Shown here in pieces: positions 40,067 to 52,447 of a stretch of DNA of 64,000 nucleotides. The DNA is taken from NCBI GenBank assembly GCA_010405405.1, contig MU004235.1, forward strand, positions 1,192,538 to 1,256,537. Direction: 5' to 3'. The position numbers and the translations under genes are program-made. Position 1 is the stretch's first letter; each line of letters begins with the position of its first letter. The stretch comes from Microthyrium microscopicum (taxonomy: Eukaryota). The notes beneath the pieces were generated by a model. The model worked only from the letters and a program-made list of their open reading frames with translations. It was not told the DNA's origin and ran no database searches.

Positions 40067-41084
40067 GATTGCGCCATTCGATTCAGCCTTGCCGACGAAT
40101 ACTTTCTTGTTTCCGCAACATCGATTTGACAGACAACTCTGAGCGCGTCCCGGATATGGGACAGTATATTGACCTTCGTTATACGTTGAATGTGGAGGAG
40201 TTCGGAGTCGCTGCAATTTCCTATTTAAGCGTTAGTTATGTCTGTTCGTCGGTTTGGGCTCATTCTAGGTTAGCTTGAAGTATGGAGATGAGGGTAATTT
40301 TACGCCGCCAGGCAAACTAATGTTGTCCATATCGATGGTTCGAATTGACGTCTCAGCCTTGCTTGTTGTAACACAGGATTCTCCGCAAGGTGATATATGG
40401 AACGACAGATAATCGTATTCCATCTCGTGTTGGTTCCATGATCTTTTAAGTTTTGTCTAAGGATGGTTGGTGATCGGGGTTCTCCTGCCGTGGATAGAGT
40501 AGCGGCCTCCTTCAGCTTCAATATAGCCTTATCTTAGGAAGAAGTTGGTGTATTGTCCAACGGGGTTGCAGTATGGTAAGATATGCCGCGTATGCGTCTA
40601 AGGTAGCGAGGAAATCGATAGAGGCGTAGGCTGGTTCCAAGGAGGTAGTTCCTCACTTTCTGCTCCAGTGTTAGCCATGGCATTCAAGGCAATGAGGATG
40701 TCGATGTCGGTGCAGGTTGGTAGGGTGTGGTGGGAGGTTTATCGACCATTTAGTCCAGTAGTAGTCGCGACTACTACTGGGCGGTGGTGAACGTCTTAGA
40801 GAGTTTTCGAAGGAAAAAGAAGGGGAAGAAGAAGTGGTACATGTCTACAAATAGTGATGATATGTTATGCTCTCGACAGTCCAGTGAGCTTTCAGACTTT
40901 AGTAATCCTGTTGAGAAGTATATGCCTGTTACCGCATTTGGGACCTCTAGGACTTATAACGGGTGGATTTGCTTCATTTGCTCTGGTGATATTGTGAGCG
41001 TGGTCGAATCGCTCTCTCTGTTTGTCGGATCATTTCGAAGTGCTTCTGTTGCTCCTTCCGCATAATCCACTGGGTAATTGCGCA

Positions 41085-41362
41085 GTGGGTATCAACGGCG
41101 CTGTATATTGCGTCTTACGCTGGCCATTAACGCCAACTCGGTGGGATCGATTGCTCGGGTATCGAAGTCGTCGATTTGTAGACAGCGTAGCTGGCGCGCT
41201 GCGCTAGTCAGCAATGCTAGTTCTGTCGGGTCGATCGGCTGTATATTGGCTTCATCGCAGGGCGGGTGAACAGCGCGGCTGGCGCGCTGCAGTAACCATC
41301 AATGCCAGTTCTGTGGGGTCGATTGGCTGTATCTTGACTCCATCGTAGGGCAGGTGAAGAGC
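41085..41362. repeat. Diverged tandem array, ~88-bp unit, ~3 copies
   Basis: acagcg(t/c)(a/g)gctggcgcgctgc...aatgc(t/c)agttctgt(c/g)gggtcgat(c/t)ggctgtat at 41182 and 41270, with a weaker copy upstream. Confidence 0.75.
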
Positions 41363-41869
41363 ACAATTGGGTGTCTTTGGTTCTGTTGATTGTCGAAGTT
41401 GTTTTGCTAGCCTCTGTGTTAATTCTTTTAACTTCTTGCTGTATAAACATTCAGCGGGAAGCTATGGCAGCCGGAAGTAGCAAGAAGAGTGCTATTGGAG
41501 AAGTAAACATGGTGAAGTTTGAGAGTGTTCTGAGCATTGTCTGAGAAGGAAAGAGGATAGGCGAGAAGAGTAATGTGAGTGAAGCAAATGGAAAGTTATA
41601 ACCAAATAACGCACTTGCTAGCTTGCTCATCCTTTTCTTTTAGCAAGATCTTCACCTTCCTAATGTTTAGGTACTACGTATCGGTGTAACCTAGACCGCG
41701 ACCACCAATTGCCCTACGCATTGCTCCCGACTCGGTGGCAGTTCTCTCTAATTACCGAATAGTCGTTGGTGACGTTTATATATATATGTTGCCGAGGGAG
41801 GGAGCCGCGGTGGCATGTAGGCGGATGGCGGAGTAGATCCGGTGGGCCTGTTAGACGTTGGACGTTCAC

Positions 41870-43480
41870 TTCTTGCCAAGGTCGTTGTTAAAGCGAGATG
41901 CTAGCTGGCTCTCTTGGGTATTACTCTCTCTGAACAACCGACGGGTAGTTTCGAGGTTCGTTGTTTCTTGTGATAGATAGACCTGGAAGGCACATGTACC
42001 GTTCGAGGCACCCGTTCGAAGACCGCCTACGTAGCAAGGTAATGACTCCAGAACCTTACTGAAGTAAAGGTCGATGAGCATGCTGTTTATGTACATTTGC
42101 GTCGATCGGCAAGAAAGACTGCACCTGGGTCTAATCATGAGTGTTGATATGAATGATCATGACAGGAGATAGAGAGAACCTTACTAAAGTAGAGTTCGAT
42201 GAGCATGCTGTTCATGTGTTTGCGATTGATCGGCAAGAAAGAGCGTACGTAGGTCTAAATCTGGGCTGTTAACATGACTATTCATGTCAATCGATAAACA
42301 GGGAAGGAAACTGACCGGTAAATGTCCGTGTGGATTTGAACTCTGGTGATGCTAGATCCAGTGGCCGTAGCTCATATGCCGCTTCGTAGTGTGATATAAG
42401 CAAGGAATCAGGGAGGGTTTGATAACTGTGGTTTCCTCTACATCTAACAGGATATTCGCGAGTCATAAGGTCATAGCATTGCCAGCTGCTTTGGTTGCTG
42501 CAATTACTGGGGAATCGGGCAGTGCATGCCTACCGTGGAAAGGAAGAGGTAATCGTAGCGGTTCGCGTGTTCTCTCGCACCGCCGTTTATGAAGAATGTT
42601 CTTTGCCGCTTGCTCCTCATAGCGGTCACGGTTCGGACGAGGTTGAGGAAGGATAGGGCCGCAGTAAGGATCTGTACTTGAGACATGTATGTAATCCTCC
42701 CAACGTAGATGCATCATCTACCTCTATGGGTCTCTTTGGGAGGGTTAGTCTGTGCAAGAGTACCTTCAGCCTTGGATGCGTCTTCTACCTCGTCTTGGCC
42801 TATTTGGAAGTACTTCCTGGAGAAGAGATAGAGGTAGAAGATGCATCTACGAGCTTAGAGGCGACGTATCCGGTACGAGCATTGATAATAGAACTGCTAA
42901 GCACTTTGGCTTGCCCTACACAGGAAGAAGTACGGCAGTGGCCCACCTGGATGGGACGTTGATCTGCCCCCTACGGAACCATGATTAGTACGGATTGTCT
43001 GAAGTGGTAGGCATAATCCCATCGTTTTTTCATACTTATTCTACATGCCTCTCGACACCGCTTATATTTCACTTCTTCTATCACTCTGGTATCTGCCACC
43101 GCTTCCCACCCACGTGTATTGCCGTTGTCCTCCAGTCGGATTACGTTGATTGAAGCCAAAGTCCTAGTTCAAGTGTGTCCCGTGCTCTACTTCTGTATTG
43201 TTGCATAACGTGTGTTCCACGTTGGGCGAAAAGATGATAGAGCCAATGTTGGATAGTGACTGTCTTCCTCGTAGATGGTTTCGATATATCGTGCGAGATG
43301 TGGACAGGGAAAGGACCGATGCCAGAGCGATAGAGGTTGTGGGGAAGTATAGAACGAATATAGGTTATGATGTGAATGCGCGACAGGTACCTAGGATTTT
43401 AGCAAGTGCTTAGCAAGATTATATAATGGAGACTTCGCGCGTAATTTGGGTTTGTCTTACCTGGCAGGAAATATGCTCTT
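41870..43480 (-). pseudogene. Probable degenerate multi-exon cargo gene
   Basis: Minus-strand intron-like signals (e.g. gtatga...tactaat...tag at 43035-42971) flanking protein-like frames interrupted by TAG/TGA stops; bounds approximate. Confidence 0.3.
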
Positions 43481-43610
43481 TGAGGAGCTGTTTCCTAGCG
43501 TCCAGAACGAATGGGAATTGTGATTGTGGGTTGTTGGTAATTGTGGATTGTTGTTATCGGTAGACTGCCGGTCAGTTGGGTTGGTAGTAAGGTCGGTTTT
43601 ATTTTCGTCT

Positions 43611-43660
43611 GATATGATGCGATCTGATGTTGGAACTTGTTAGAAGATCTTAGCCAATAG
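43611..43660 (+). promoter_or_regulatory. Phased array + CCAAT cassette (copy 2)
   Basis: gatgttggaa cttgttagaa gatcttagCCAATag. Confidence 0.6.
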
Positions 43661-44199
43661 AATGCCAGGAATGGTTCTTTACCTTGGTAGTACGCAATAC
43701 AGAGATTTTGACTTACTCTCTTGCGGAGTTTACTATAGAATATCGACTTGACTGAGGCAGGACTACCTAACAATAACTAGAATGAGTGTGAGTAGGTATA
43801 AGCTAGCGGATAATTCGGTACGTATGACATTGGAGATTCCATCATAATTATTTTGTATATAGCTGTCTAAGGCTTGGAGTTAGTAGAGAACAATAAAGCG
43901 ACGAGAGAGATCCCGACTTACAGTCAAAGCGTTAGAGCTATTCCTTGATTTATGCCCAACTTGTCGTTATGCCGGAAAAGAATATGTTATTGAGCCAGTG
44001 CTGGATGCGGTTGTATGTCTTGTGGCCGCATGTTCTTCCTTGGGTTTTGGTTTCGGGCTCATTCGCGTAAGCTGAACGAGTTGCAAATGCTTGTATATTA
44101 CTTAGTCGTTGCAATGTTCAGGTCTGCTGCACTTCCGGCCCGTCGATCTCATCCTGGCGATCGATTGTTATGCAACCGGCGTAGCTTGTTGGGACAATC

Positions 44200-45190
44200 A
44201 AGGCCAATGTTCGACTCACTAGCTCTAGCAGTCGAACGTTGCGTAGCTTGCGAAGTTGGTGTACTTGGCTAGGCCAGAATGGTTTGCCCCAAGCCCGTCA
44301 TTCTCGCTCTGGTGGTAGAAGGTTGCGAGCTTACGAAGTTGGTGTACTTGGCTAGGCCACAATGGTTTGCCCCAAGCCCGTCATTCTCGCTCTGGTGGTG
44401 GAAGGTTGCGAGCTTGCGAAGTTGGTGTACTTGGCTGAGCCAGGAATGGTTTGCCCCAAGCCCGTCATTCTCGCTCTGGTGGTGGAAGGTTGCGAGCTTG
44501 CGAAGTTGGTGTACTTGGCTGAGCCAGGAATGGTTTGCCCCAAGCCCGTCATTCTCGCTCTGGTGGTGGAAGGTTGCGAGCTTGCGAAGTTGGTGTACTT
44601 GGCTGAGCCAGGAATGGTTTGCCCCAAGCCCGTCATTCTCGCTCTGGTGGTGGAAGGTTGCGTAGCTAGCGAAGCCGCTACAGTTGGGTGGGTGGCTAGC
44701 ATGACAGCGCTGGTTTGTTCCAAGCCTGTCACCCTCCTTCCAGTGGTTGATTCGCTATGTCGCTGGCGAAGCCGTTGTAGCTGGGTAGGCGGCTAGCATG
44801 ACAGCAATGGTTTGTTCCAAGCCTGTCACTCTCGCTCTAGTGGTCGAACGTTGCGTCGCTGGCGAAGCCTTGACAGACGGCTGTCGCGTCGAAGCACCAC
44901 AGCCATGGTTTGTTCCAAGCCTGTCACTCTCGCTCTAGTGGTCGAACGTTGCGTTGCTGGCGAAGCCTTGACAGACGGCTGTCGCGTCGAAGCACCATAG
45001 CCATGGTTGTTTTAGGTCTGTCTGTCAAGGCTCTAGTGGTCGAACGTTGCGTTGCTGGCGAAGCCTTGACAGACGGCTGTCGCGTCGAAGCACCACAGCC
45101 ATGGTTGTTCCAGGTCTGTCTGTCAAGGCTCTAGTGGTCGAACGTTGCGTTGCTGGCGAAGCCTTGACAGACGGCTGTCGCGTCGAAGCG
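44200..45190. repeat. Tandem array of ~10-11 related units (spacings 83, 84, 84, 84, 96, 97, 98, 98, 98 bp)
   Basis: Anchor (a)tggtt(t)g at 44279, 44362, 44446, 44530, 44614, 44710, 44807, 44905, 45003, 45101. Confidence 0.95.
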
Positions 45191-45489
45191 CGTCGCGAAG
45201 CCATTGGAAGGGGTGAATGTGGCGAGTTTGTACTGGTTGCCAGTTGGTGAGAATATATTGGCCGTTGCCGTACTACCAGGAATAAAGGCCTGGTATGTTG
45301 TTAGTCGTAAACCAAGATGGTCAGCCAAGGAGGTACTGCTTACATCAAGACTTCCAACTGCTCAAAGCCTACAGTCAGATAAGTTGTAGTGGAGCTAGAG
45401 GTGACATAGAATTGGTGTCTTTCTCTCATAGAGAGAGGTTGGAACTTCAATGTTGGAAGTGACGTCTGGAGCGTTCTACGAGGGTTGTC

Positions 45490-45580
45490 TTATATAGTAA
45501 CCCTTAAGTTTGAAGGCATCCTATTGGTCCACATCTTCGAATATCTTCTAATATCTCGTCAGAATATGAAAGATCTATAA
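45490..45580 (-). promoter_or_regulatory. Phased array + CCAAT + TATA cassette (copy 3)
   Basis: Minus strand: agatct..attct..agatat..agatat..agatgtggaCCAATag, then ctatataa ~25 bp downstream. Confidence 0.65.
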
Positions 45581-47544
45581 TTAAATAGCAATAACTTCCC
45601 TAGACTGTGCCTTTCTAACTTCTCAACGCAAGTGAGATGTACTAATCTCTACTACTCTGACCGTCAGCGCCTTGTTTAAATGTAGCATACTATATCCAAG
45701 CAGCTCCGAGTCTCTTGCTTGGACCTAGGTTGTTGTAGTGGATTAAGGCGTTGGGACTAGAGTCTGCTAGATCATATCGAGTAGATGCGACTTTGATTGG
45801 TCTACATGCTGTTGTTGCTTTCGGTGGAGGTATGGCCACGTCTGAGTAGAGATGTTTCTCGATAGAGCAGTAGATGACACATTCGAACTTTTGAGGTTTC
45901 AAAGTCTGAACGATTAGAAGCGATATTAAAGCCCGGAGTAACTCTGTATCCGATGGAAGGAAGCCAACAAATCGTGTAAATTTAACCGCTTGAGCTTTTC
46001 AATGTTTTACTTCTTCTACTTCTTCTTCTTTAACACACGTCTATACAGAATATTAGCAGAAGAGTCAACAAACAACCAATATACTTTACTAAATACTCCC
46101 ATATCACAAGACAAGTCGTCCTCGCATCTTTTGGCCTTGACATCAAGCTTTACACCCTCTTCAACCTATTATGATGAGTTCAAAGACGTGCCGAATGGTG
46201 GCATATCGACCCGTCATGATAATCTAGCACAGAGCACGCGTGTTTACCAAGCAAGTCGTTGAAGTGGCATTCATGCTTCAGTACCTCCTTTGAGTGCTGC
46301 GGGAAACCCTTTAGAACTCAATCATGGTGCAGTCCTCCCGTAAAAGCTCCCGCCAGGTCTTGGAACAACATCTGTTGACGAGCTCGAAAAGTCGTCAACA
46401 GAGGCTGCGAGCTCGTTAGGGATTTGACCAGGTATCAGTGTAGCGATTGGATTTGACAAGCTCGCAAGAATATTGCCGCGAGCCATCTATCATTTTGTCT
46501 CGCGAATACTAGGGGCGGTCTCCATTAGTTACATCATTTCAATATCAGAACTAAGGACTTACAGGCATCCTGAGCATATCTCCACACCTCGATCTACTCG
46601 CAGGCACCGTGAATAGCATCACGTTCTGGACGCTATGATCCAAAGACTCCGTCTGCGTGTGAAGCACTTGCTACGTCGCAACACCGTTAGCCACAGTTTT
46701 GAGAACGGCTGCGCCAAAAGGGCCAGCGTCCAAAAACCAATTCCATGATAGATTGCAGAACTTCTTCCCGTGAACTAATGACAACAAATGTATCTTCAAT
46801 CATTGTCAGCGAGTTAAGGGATGCGCCATAGTGCACATGCTTCACTTTGCTATATCTGGGATTGTCAAGGGGGAAAGGATAAGCGTACCGTCAGCTATTG
46901 CTTAGTTCATGGCGTACAAGATTGAACGGGGCTTAGATAGGCATGCTATAGCGATTGAATTCGACCACAAAGATCTTGTCTTCAGCCATTAAGCTACAAG
47001 TAGTACTGGTTTAGTATGGAGACTCAATGTTTCTAAGTCTCTAGATTGTAACAGAGTTAGTATACAGAAAGACTGCGTTTAACATATTAGAAGGATGATA
47101 CTTACCTTAAACTCTAAACCTTAAATATTGCAACATCGATATCCATTCCTAGAGAACTAGAGCTTGCTAGTTTATAAGATAGTGCTATGATCTCGCGTTA
47201 AAGAATACTTAAATAAGAAGATGTAGCTTTCAAGAAGTTCTGTACTACAGTTCAACATAAAGAAAAGATAGAGACGGATTTGGTATACAAGTGTTTAACC
47301 ACGTAAGTGATTCAGAATATAAGTTTTCAGAATAGAAAGAAACATAGCCAACGAAGGGGCTAGCAAACGGCAATATAATTGACTGCGTAATCTGCTATCA
47401 TAACTCTAGGGGATAAGGATGTTTGGGAAGAAATAAACGATACGCGCTGCTGGGCTGCTTACCGCATTACTTAGACTTTAATGAAGATGTACCTTTGAAT
47501 ACAGCGCCAAAGAAAAAGGTAGTCCTATTGTCGTTGGGTACTCC

Positions 47545-48065
47545 GCCGCATTTCTTGATGGACCATGACAAGGAAGTATTTGGCAGCGGTACTGTGAAAA
47601 ACGAGCGCGAGTAAGGATGGGCGGTGTGCCGTGTCTCTTGATGGTCTATAACAAGGAAGTATTTGGCAGCGGTACTGAGAAAAACGAGCGCGAGTAAGGA
47701 TGGGCGGTGTGCCGTATCTCTTGATGGTCTATGACGAGGAAATATTCGGCGGCGGTACTAAGAAAAACAAGCGCGAGTAAGGATGGATGATATGCCGTGT
47801 CTCTTGATGTTTAAGAACAGGAAGATATTTGGTAGCGGTCTGAAGGAAAAACGAGTGCGAGTTGTAGTATGCGATATGCGGTGTCTCTTAATGTTTAAGA
47901 GCAGGAAGATATTTGGTAGCGGTCTGAAGGAAAAACGAGTGCGAGTTGTAGTATGCGATATGCGGTGTCTCTTAATGTTTAAGAGCAGGAAGATATTTGG
48001 TAGCGGTCTGAAGGAAAAACGAGTACGAGTTGTAGTATGCGATATGCGGTGTTTCTTAATGGTTG
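47545..48065. repeat. Tandem array, 83-84-bp unit, 6 copies in two subtypes
   Basis: Anchor (a/g)gcggt at 47585, 47668, 47751, 47834, 47918, 48002. Confidence 0.95.
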
Positions 48066-48239
48066 ATAAGTTAGCAACAACTTGCAGTGGGTACTAAGAC
48101 ATAGGAAATATACGTATCATTGGCTACTGAAATGCCAGTTAATGGCCCATAATAAGAGCTTCGTTTAAGGTGATCTTTACTACGCTAAGGAGTATATATC
48201 CGTAGTTGACATGTTGGTTTACTGTTAGGCATTGAGGAG

Positions 48240-49205
48240 GTTTTGGCGGCGGTGTTTGGGAGGAAGATGTGGTCTTGTATTGTGTAAATGATACTGTTAG
48301 AAGAACGCTGGCGAGCGGACTTTTGGCGGCAATCTTTGGGGAGCAAGATGTGTTCTTGTATTATGTAAATGATGCTGTTAGAAGAAGGCTGGCGAGCGGA
48401 CTTTTGGCGGCAGTCTTTGGGGAGCAAGATGTGGTCTTGTATTGTGTAAATGATACTGTTAGAAGAACGCTGGCGAGCGGACTTTTGGCGGCAATCTTTG
48501 GGGAGCAAGATGTGTTCTTATATTGTGTAAATGATGCTGTTGGAAGAAGGCTAGCGAGCGGATATTTGGCGACAGTCTTTGGGGAGGGATATGATAGTGT
48601 TCAGCGTAGCGAATCGTGTTCTTGGAATGAAGCTGGCGAGCGGATTTTGGCGACAGTCTTTGGGGAGGGATATGATAGTGTTCAGCGTAGCGAATCGTGT
48701 TCTTGGAATGAAGCTGGCGAGCGGATTTTGGCGACAGTCTTTGGGGAGGGATATGACAGTGTTCAGCGTAGCGAATCGTGTTCTTGGAATGAAGCTGGCG
48801 AGCGGATTTTGGCGACAGTCTTTGGGGAGGGATATGATAGTGTTCAGCGTAGCGAATCGTGTTCTTGGAATGAAGCTGGCGAGCAGATTTTTGGCGATAG
48901 TCTTTGGGGAGGGATGTATGGTATTCAGCGCGCGAATCGTGTTCTTGGAATGAAGCTGGCGAGCGGATTTTTGGCGATAGTCTTTGGGGAGGGATGTATG
49001 GTATTCAGCGCGCGAATCGTGTTCTTGGAATGAAGCTGGCGAGCGGATTTTTGGCGATAGTCTTTGGGGAGGGATGTATGGTATTCAGCGCGCGAATCGT
49101 GTTCTTGGAATGAAGCTGGCAAGCGGATTTTTGGCGGTAGTCTTTGGGGAGGGATATATGGTATTCAGCGTGCGAATCGTGCTCTTGGAATGAAGCTGGC
49201 GAGTA
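48240..49205. repeat. Tandem array, 80-82-bp unit, 12 copies in three blocks
   Basis: Anchor gcgag at 48311, 48392, 48473, 48554, 48636, 48717, 48798, 48879, 48959, 49039, 49119 (gcaag), 49199. Confidence 0.97.
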
Positions 49206-49693
49206 GACTTTGAGAAAGAGAATGCTTGTACCAAGTTGAGGATGCCGCTTAATAGCTGATGTTGCGATAAGACTTTTGAGTGCGTGTAAGGCTTTGGAAA
49301 GGATTATGCTGTGTGCTCGAATCTAGTGTACTGGTATGTGATGAAATCGGCTTTGCGACTTTGCCTTTGGCTTTTGAGGAAACATCGGTGCCATCTTGTG
49401 ATGGGCGGGAATATGCGTTGCGATATGAATTGGTTGTTGCTTTGGACGTAGAAGATATCAACATTGGCCAGCTTTGTAAGATAAAGAATGTGGGGATGCC
49501 AATGGCCAGAGAGATCGCGGCATAGACGATGAGGAAGTTATGTGTAAGCCGTAGGTGTGAGCGACGCTGATTATGCCTAGTCTTAAACCGTGGTTGTTGA
49601 GGTGAATTGTATCGTGATGGAAGGTATGAATGTTGAAGTTAGATGCATCAGCATGAAGTTGAAAAGACTTTGAAGTTACGATGCGATGTTAGG

Positions 49694-49790
49694 TATTATA
49701 CGCTAATGATTAAGTCTCGCTAAGAGCTGTTTGATTGGACTAACATCTTTGCACAACTTGAAACATTATTTAAGAACGTCCCATATTATC
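49694..49790 (-). promoter_or_regulatory. Phased array + CCAAT + TATA-like cassette (copy 4)
   Basis: Minus strand: gttctta aataatgttt caagttgtgc aaagatgttagtCCAATca, then tataat ~35 bp downstream. Confidence 0.65.
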
Positions 49791-50782
49791 TAAAAGTAGT
49801 TAAGCGTATCTTGGTCTGCCCGTTCGGAGTAGAACCTTAAATCTAGCTTTGCTCAAATACTACTGGCTTCGTAACTTATTGCTACACCTTTCGCCTTTAT
49901 GATCTGGTTTCATTCTACAGACAATATACGGGTACTTAGAATCATCTTCTCTTTCGTCACAGACATAATGATTATAAGGTGAGGTTAATGACAAGCTCTA
50001 GAGTATATCTTCAAATGTTGGGTTACCTGTCAAGCCAAAGCAAGCCATTGATGTGCCAACGAGAGTAATAGTACTGCTAGTTTCTAGTCCGGGGCTCTAA
50101 GCAATTATGATTGGAGCAGATCTACAAAACAGTTCGACTTGTGGACTGATGTGGACTAGCTAGTATTCAGATGTGCAACGCACTGTCATCCCATTCTGAA
50201 GGAAAGAGATTTTGGAAATCCCTTTTTGACTTTGCAACGTCGACTTCTGAAAGCATTGCTGCTTAGCAGCAGTTTAAGACATTCTGATCGCAAGCTAGCA
50301 AGGGACTTTACTATATCATTGGATGGCTCATGTCCATTACGTTATTTGAGACATGATCTACGGCTTAGCTCTATCGCTACTGGATGTAGTCAGCCGAAAC
50401 GAGGAATGTTCGACTAGGATATGATCCACTAACATGGCTTGCATGCCGCTATGCCGATCAGGCTCCATAGATAAAGACGAGATGAGCTAAAAACAGGGAT
50501 TACCTGATCTGAATTCATGAGCGCGGCATGGTTAGTCGTAGATCGCCTATCCCGTTTATGGTTAAGAAGCACATTATCACTCGTACTCTGAGAGTACTTG
50601 TAGAGTCGTAGAATTTGGCAACGGCTCACAGGCATGTAAGCCTACCAGCGAGCGGCGACGTAGTGTCAAAGACGATGGAAATTCTCTAAGTCTGGTCTCA
50701 AAAGATTGAACAAGAATCATTATTTATCTATCTTTGGGCAAACAATACATATCCTGTAGGAAATCATTGTCAGGGTCGTTGG

Positions 50783-52447
50783 TCAAACCAAACCCTTTCG
50801 AATAGCTGCATCTCGAGTTTCCACTCCTTTGATTGCCATCTCGTGTTGTTCGGTCTTCCATGACTTCCATTTTTCCTCACCAGCAACAAGGCAAGCAATT
50901 TGCCGAGATGTGAATTCGCTGAAGTCCTCCTTGGCCTTTCTGGTCTTCGCGACATTGGGACGTGGCTTAGGCGCCGATTGCTTGTTGTCCTCATGAAACG
51001 AGCAAGTCTCATGACATCCTTCCATAACACAATTTGTACAGGCTCCCTTGAACAGAACGCTTCCGTCCTCGACTTTCATAATTATGCAGGTAGTGCATGC
51101 CAATGTTGGTTCTTCACTATTCTTTGTTTGGGATGGACCAAGACTTCGAATTTCAGAGCAACGCTGACAAGAGTATTCAACCCGACCCGTGGCAAGGCAA
51201 TATGCCATCGCGGCATATAGTGAAGGTAGTGTCTTTAGAATATTTGCAAGCTGAGGAGTGGAACGTTTATGCCATTGTAGACCTCGTACCGGTTGGTATT
51301 TGAGGAGTGCTTGAAGCATTGTCAGATCAGTGTCATTGGGGATCCATTTTCGGAGCAGGTGGAAGAGTAGTTGCACAACTCGGACATCGGTAGTTTTGGC
51401 GCGGTCATTAAAGATAGACACTTTCATGTCACCGAACATATATTGCTTCTCCAAGAACCGTAGAACCGGGACCCGAAGGTCCGCTTTCGGCGTCGACTTC
51501 TCGCTCGTGGATGATTTAGAGGATGGTGATGGCTTCTTGACCATGACTTGAGTTGGAGAAGTTGTTGGACTTTTAGGTGATGCCGTAGTCTTTGTGTTAT
51601 TTCGCGACGGAGTTATGGAGCCTGTATTGGTTGTGTCACCTTGGGTACTTCGACGCACGCGTGCTTGACTATGAGCAGCCTCCTCTGCGATAGGTTCCAA
51701 GTTGCTCGCTCGGCGTTTTTGGCGTGCCTCTTTCTGCTGTTTTGCTGTTTCTACTTCGCTACTAGCTATGCGGTACCTTTCCTGCCAAATCCGCGAATTT
51801 CCTTCATGGGCGCTATGTAGAAGCATTGCATTATCACGGCGGCGAGTTGCTGCAGTTACTGGTGATTCTTCGCGATCTGGGGTTGGCCGCACTTCTTCTC
51901 CTTTTAGAGGAGGAATAAATCCATATTTGAAACCTCTTTCTATCGCAGCAGCATCCTCTTTACTACGAACTGGCATCAATGGATGATCATAATCATAATG
52001 GCTCTCGTCCTTTTCGACTGATTGTTTGATGGAAGTGGAAGCCTGGTTTCTGTCGCTTTGCATGGATAACGCGGCGAGTTGATTCGCCGTTTTGCTGGTA
52101 GGAGTGACTGCGGCTAGCTGGGCCTGGTTAGGCTTTTGAGGAGTTTGTGGCGATCGTGCCGACATTTCTTGACGAGGATGTTTTTCGCCGCGAAATTGGG
52201 AATTGGTAGAAGGTAGAGATGTCTGCGGTGATCGGATTGGAGTGGTTTGACGGCTCACTGAACGTGCTTGGTTTGGATTCGTAGACTGCTTAATTGGAGT
52301 GGCTTGTCGGGTAGATTCTGGTGACGAGGATTTGTCTGAGTTCAGGGTGATTGGGTCTTTAGCAGAGCTTCCAGGTGTTTTCGGTGTGCTTGAAGCAGTT
52401 GTAGCATGCTTGATGTCAGAGCTTGTAGATGCACGCTTTGGAGCCAT
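50783..52447 (-). CDS. 554-aa protein: long S/T/P/K/Q-rich disordered region plus C-terminal Cys cluster (DUF3716-like putative Zn-binding domain)
   Basis: Intact ORF; TGRVEYSCQRC...CTTC...FKGACTNC....CHETCSF. Confidence 0.75.
   Translation of the reverse strand: MAPKRASTSSDIKHATTASSTPKTPGSSAKDPITLNSDKSSSPESTRQATPIKQSTNPNQARSVSRQTTPIRSPQTSLPSTNSQFRGEKHPRQEMSARSPQTPQKPNQAQLAAVTPTSKTANQLAALSMQSDRNQASTSIKQSVEKDESHYDYDHPLMPVRSKEDAAAIERGFKYGFIPPLKGEEVRPTPDREESPVTAATRRRDNAMLLHSAHEGNSRIWQERYRIASSEVETAKQQKEARQKRRASNLEPIAEEAAHSQARVRRSTQGDTTNTGSITPSRNNTKTTASPKSPTTSPTQVMVKKPSPSSKSSTSEKSTPKADLRVPVLRFLEKQYMFGDMKVSIFNDRAKTTDVRVVQLLFHLLRKWIPNDTDLTMLQALLKYQPVRGLQWHKRSTPQLANILKTLPSLYAAMAYCLATGRVEYSCQRCSEIRSLGPSQTKNSEEPTLACTTCIIMKVEDGSVLFKGACTNCVMEGCHETCSFHEDNKQSAPKPRPNVAKTRKAKEDFSEFTSRQIACLVAGEEKWKSWKTEQHEMAIKGVETRDAAIRKGLV

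Noticed and set aside
44279..45250. Repeat-containing ORFs (MVCPKPVIL..., MTGLGQTIPG...) as real proteins
   Set aside because: Open in several frames on both strands only across the 84-bp units; neighbouring 83/97/98-bp units break the frame.
47783..49193. 254-aa and shorter repeat ORFs
   Set aside because: By-products of 81- and 84-bp periods; 80-, 82- and 83-bp units shift the frame.
44200..49205. CRISPR arrays
   Set aside because: Eukaryotic context, no unique spacers, no cas genes.
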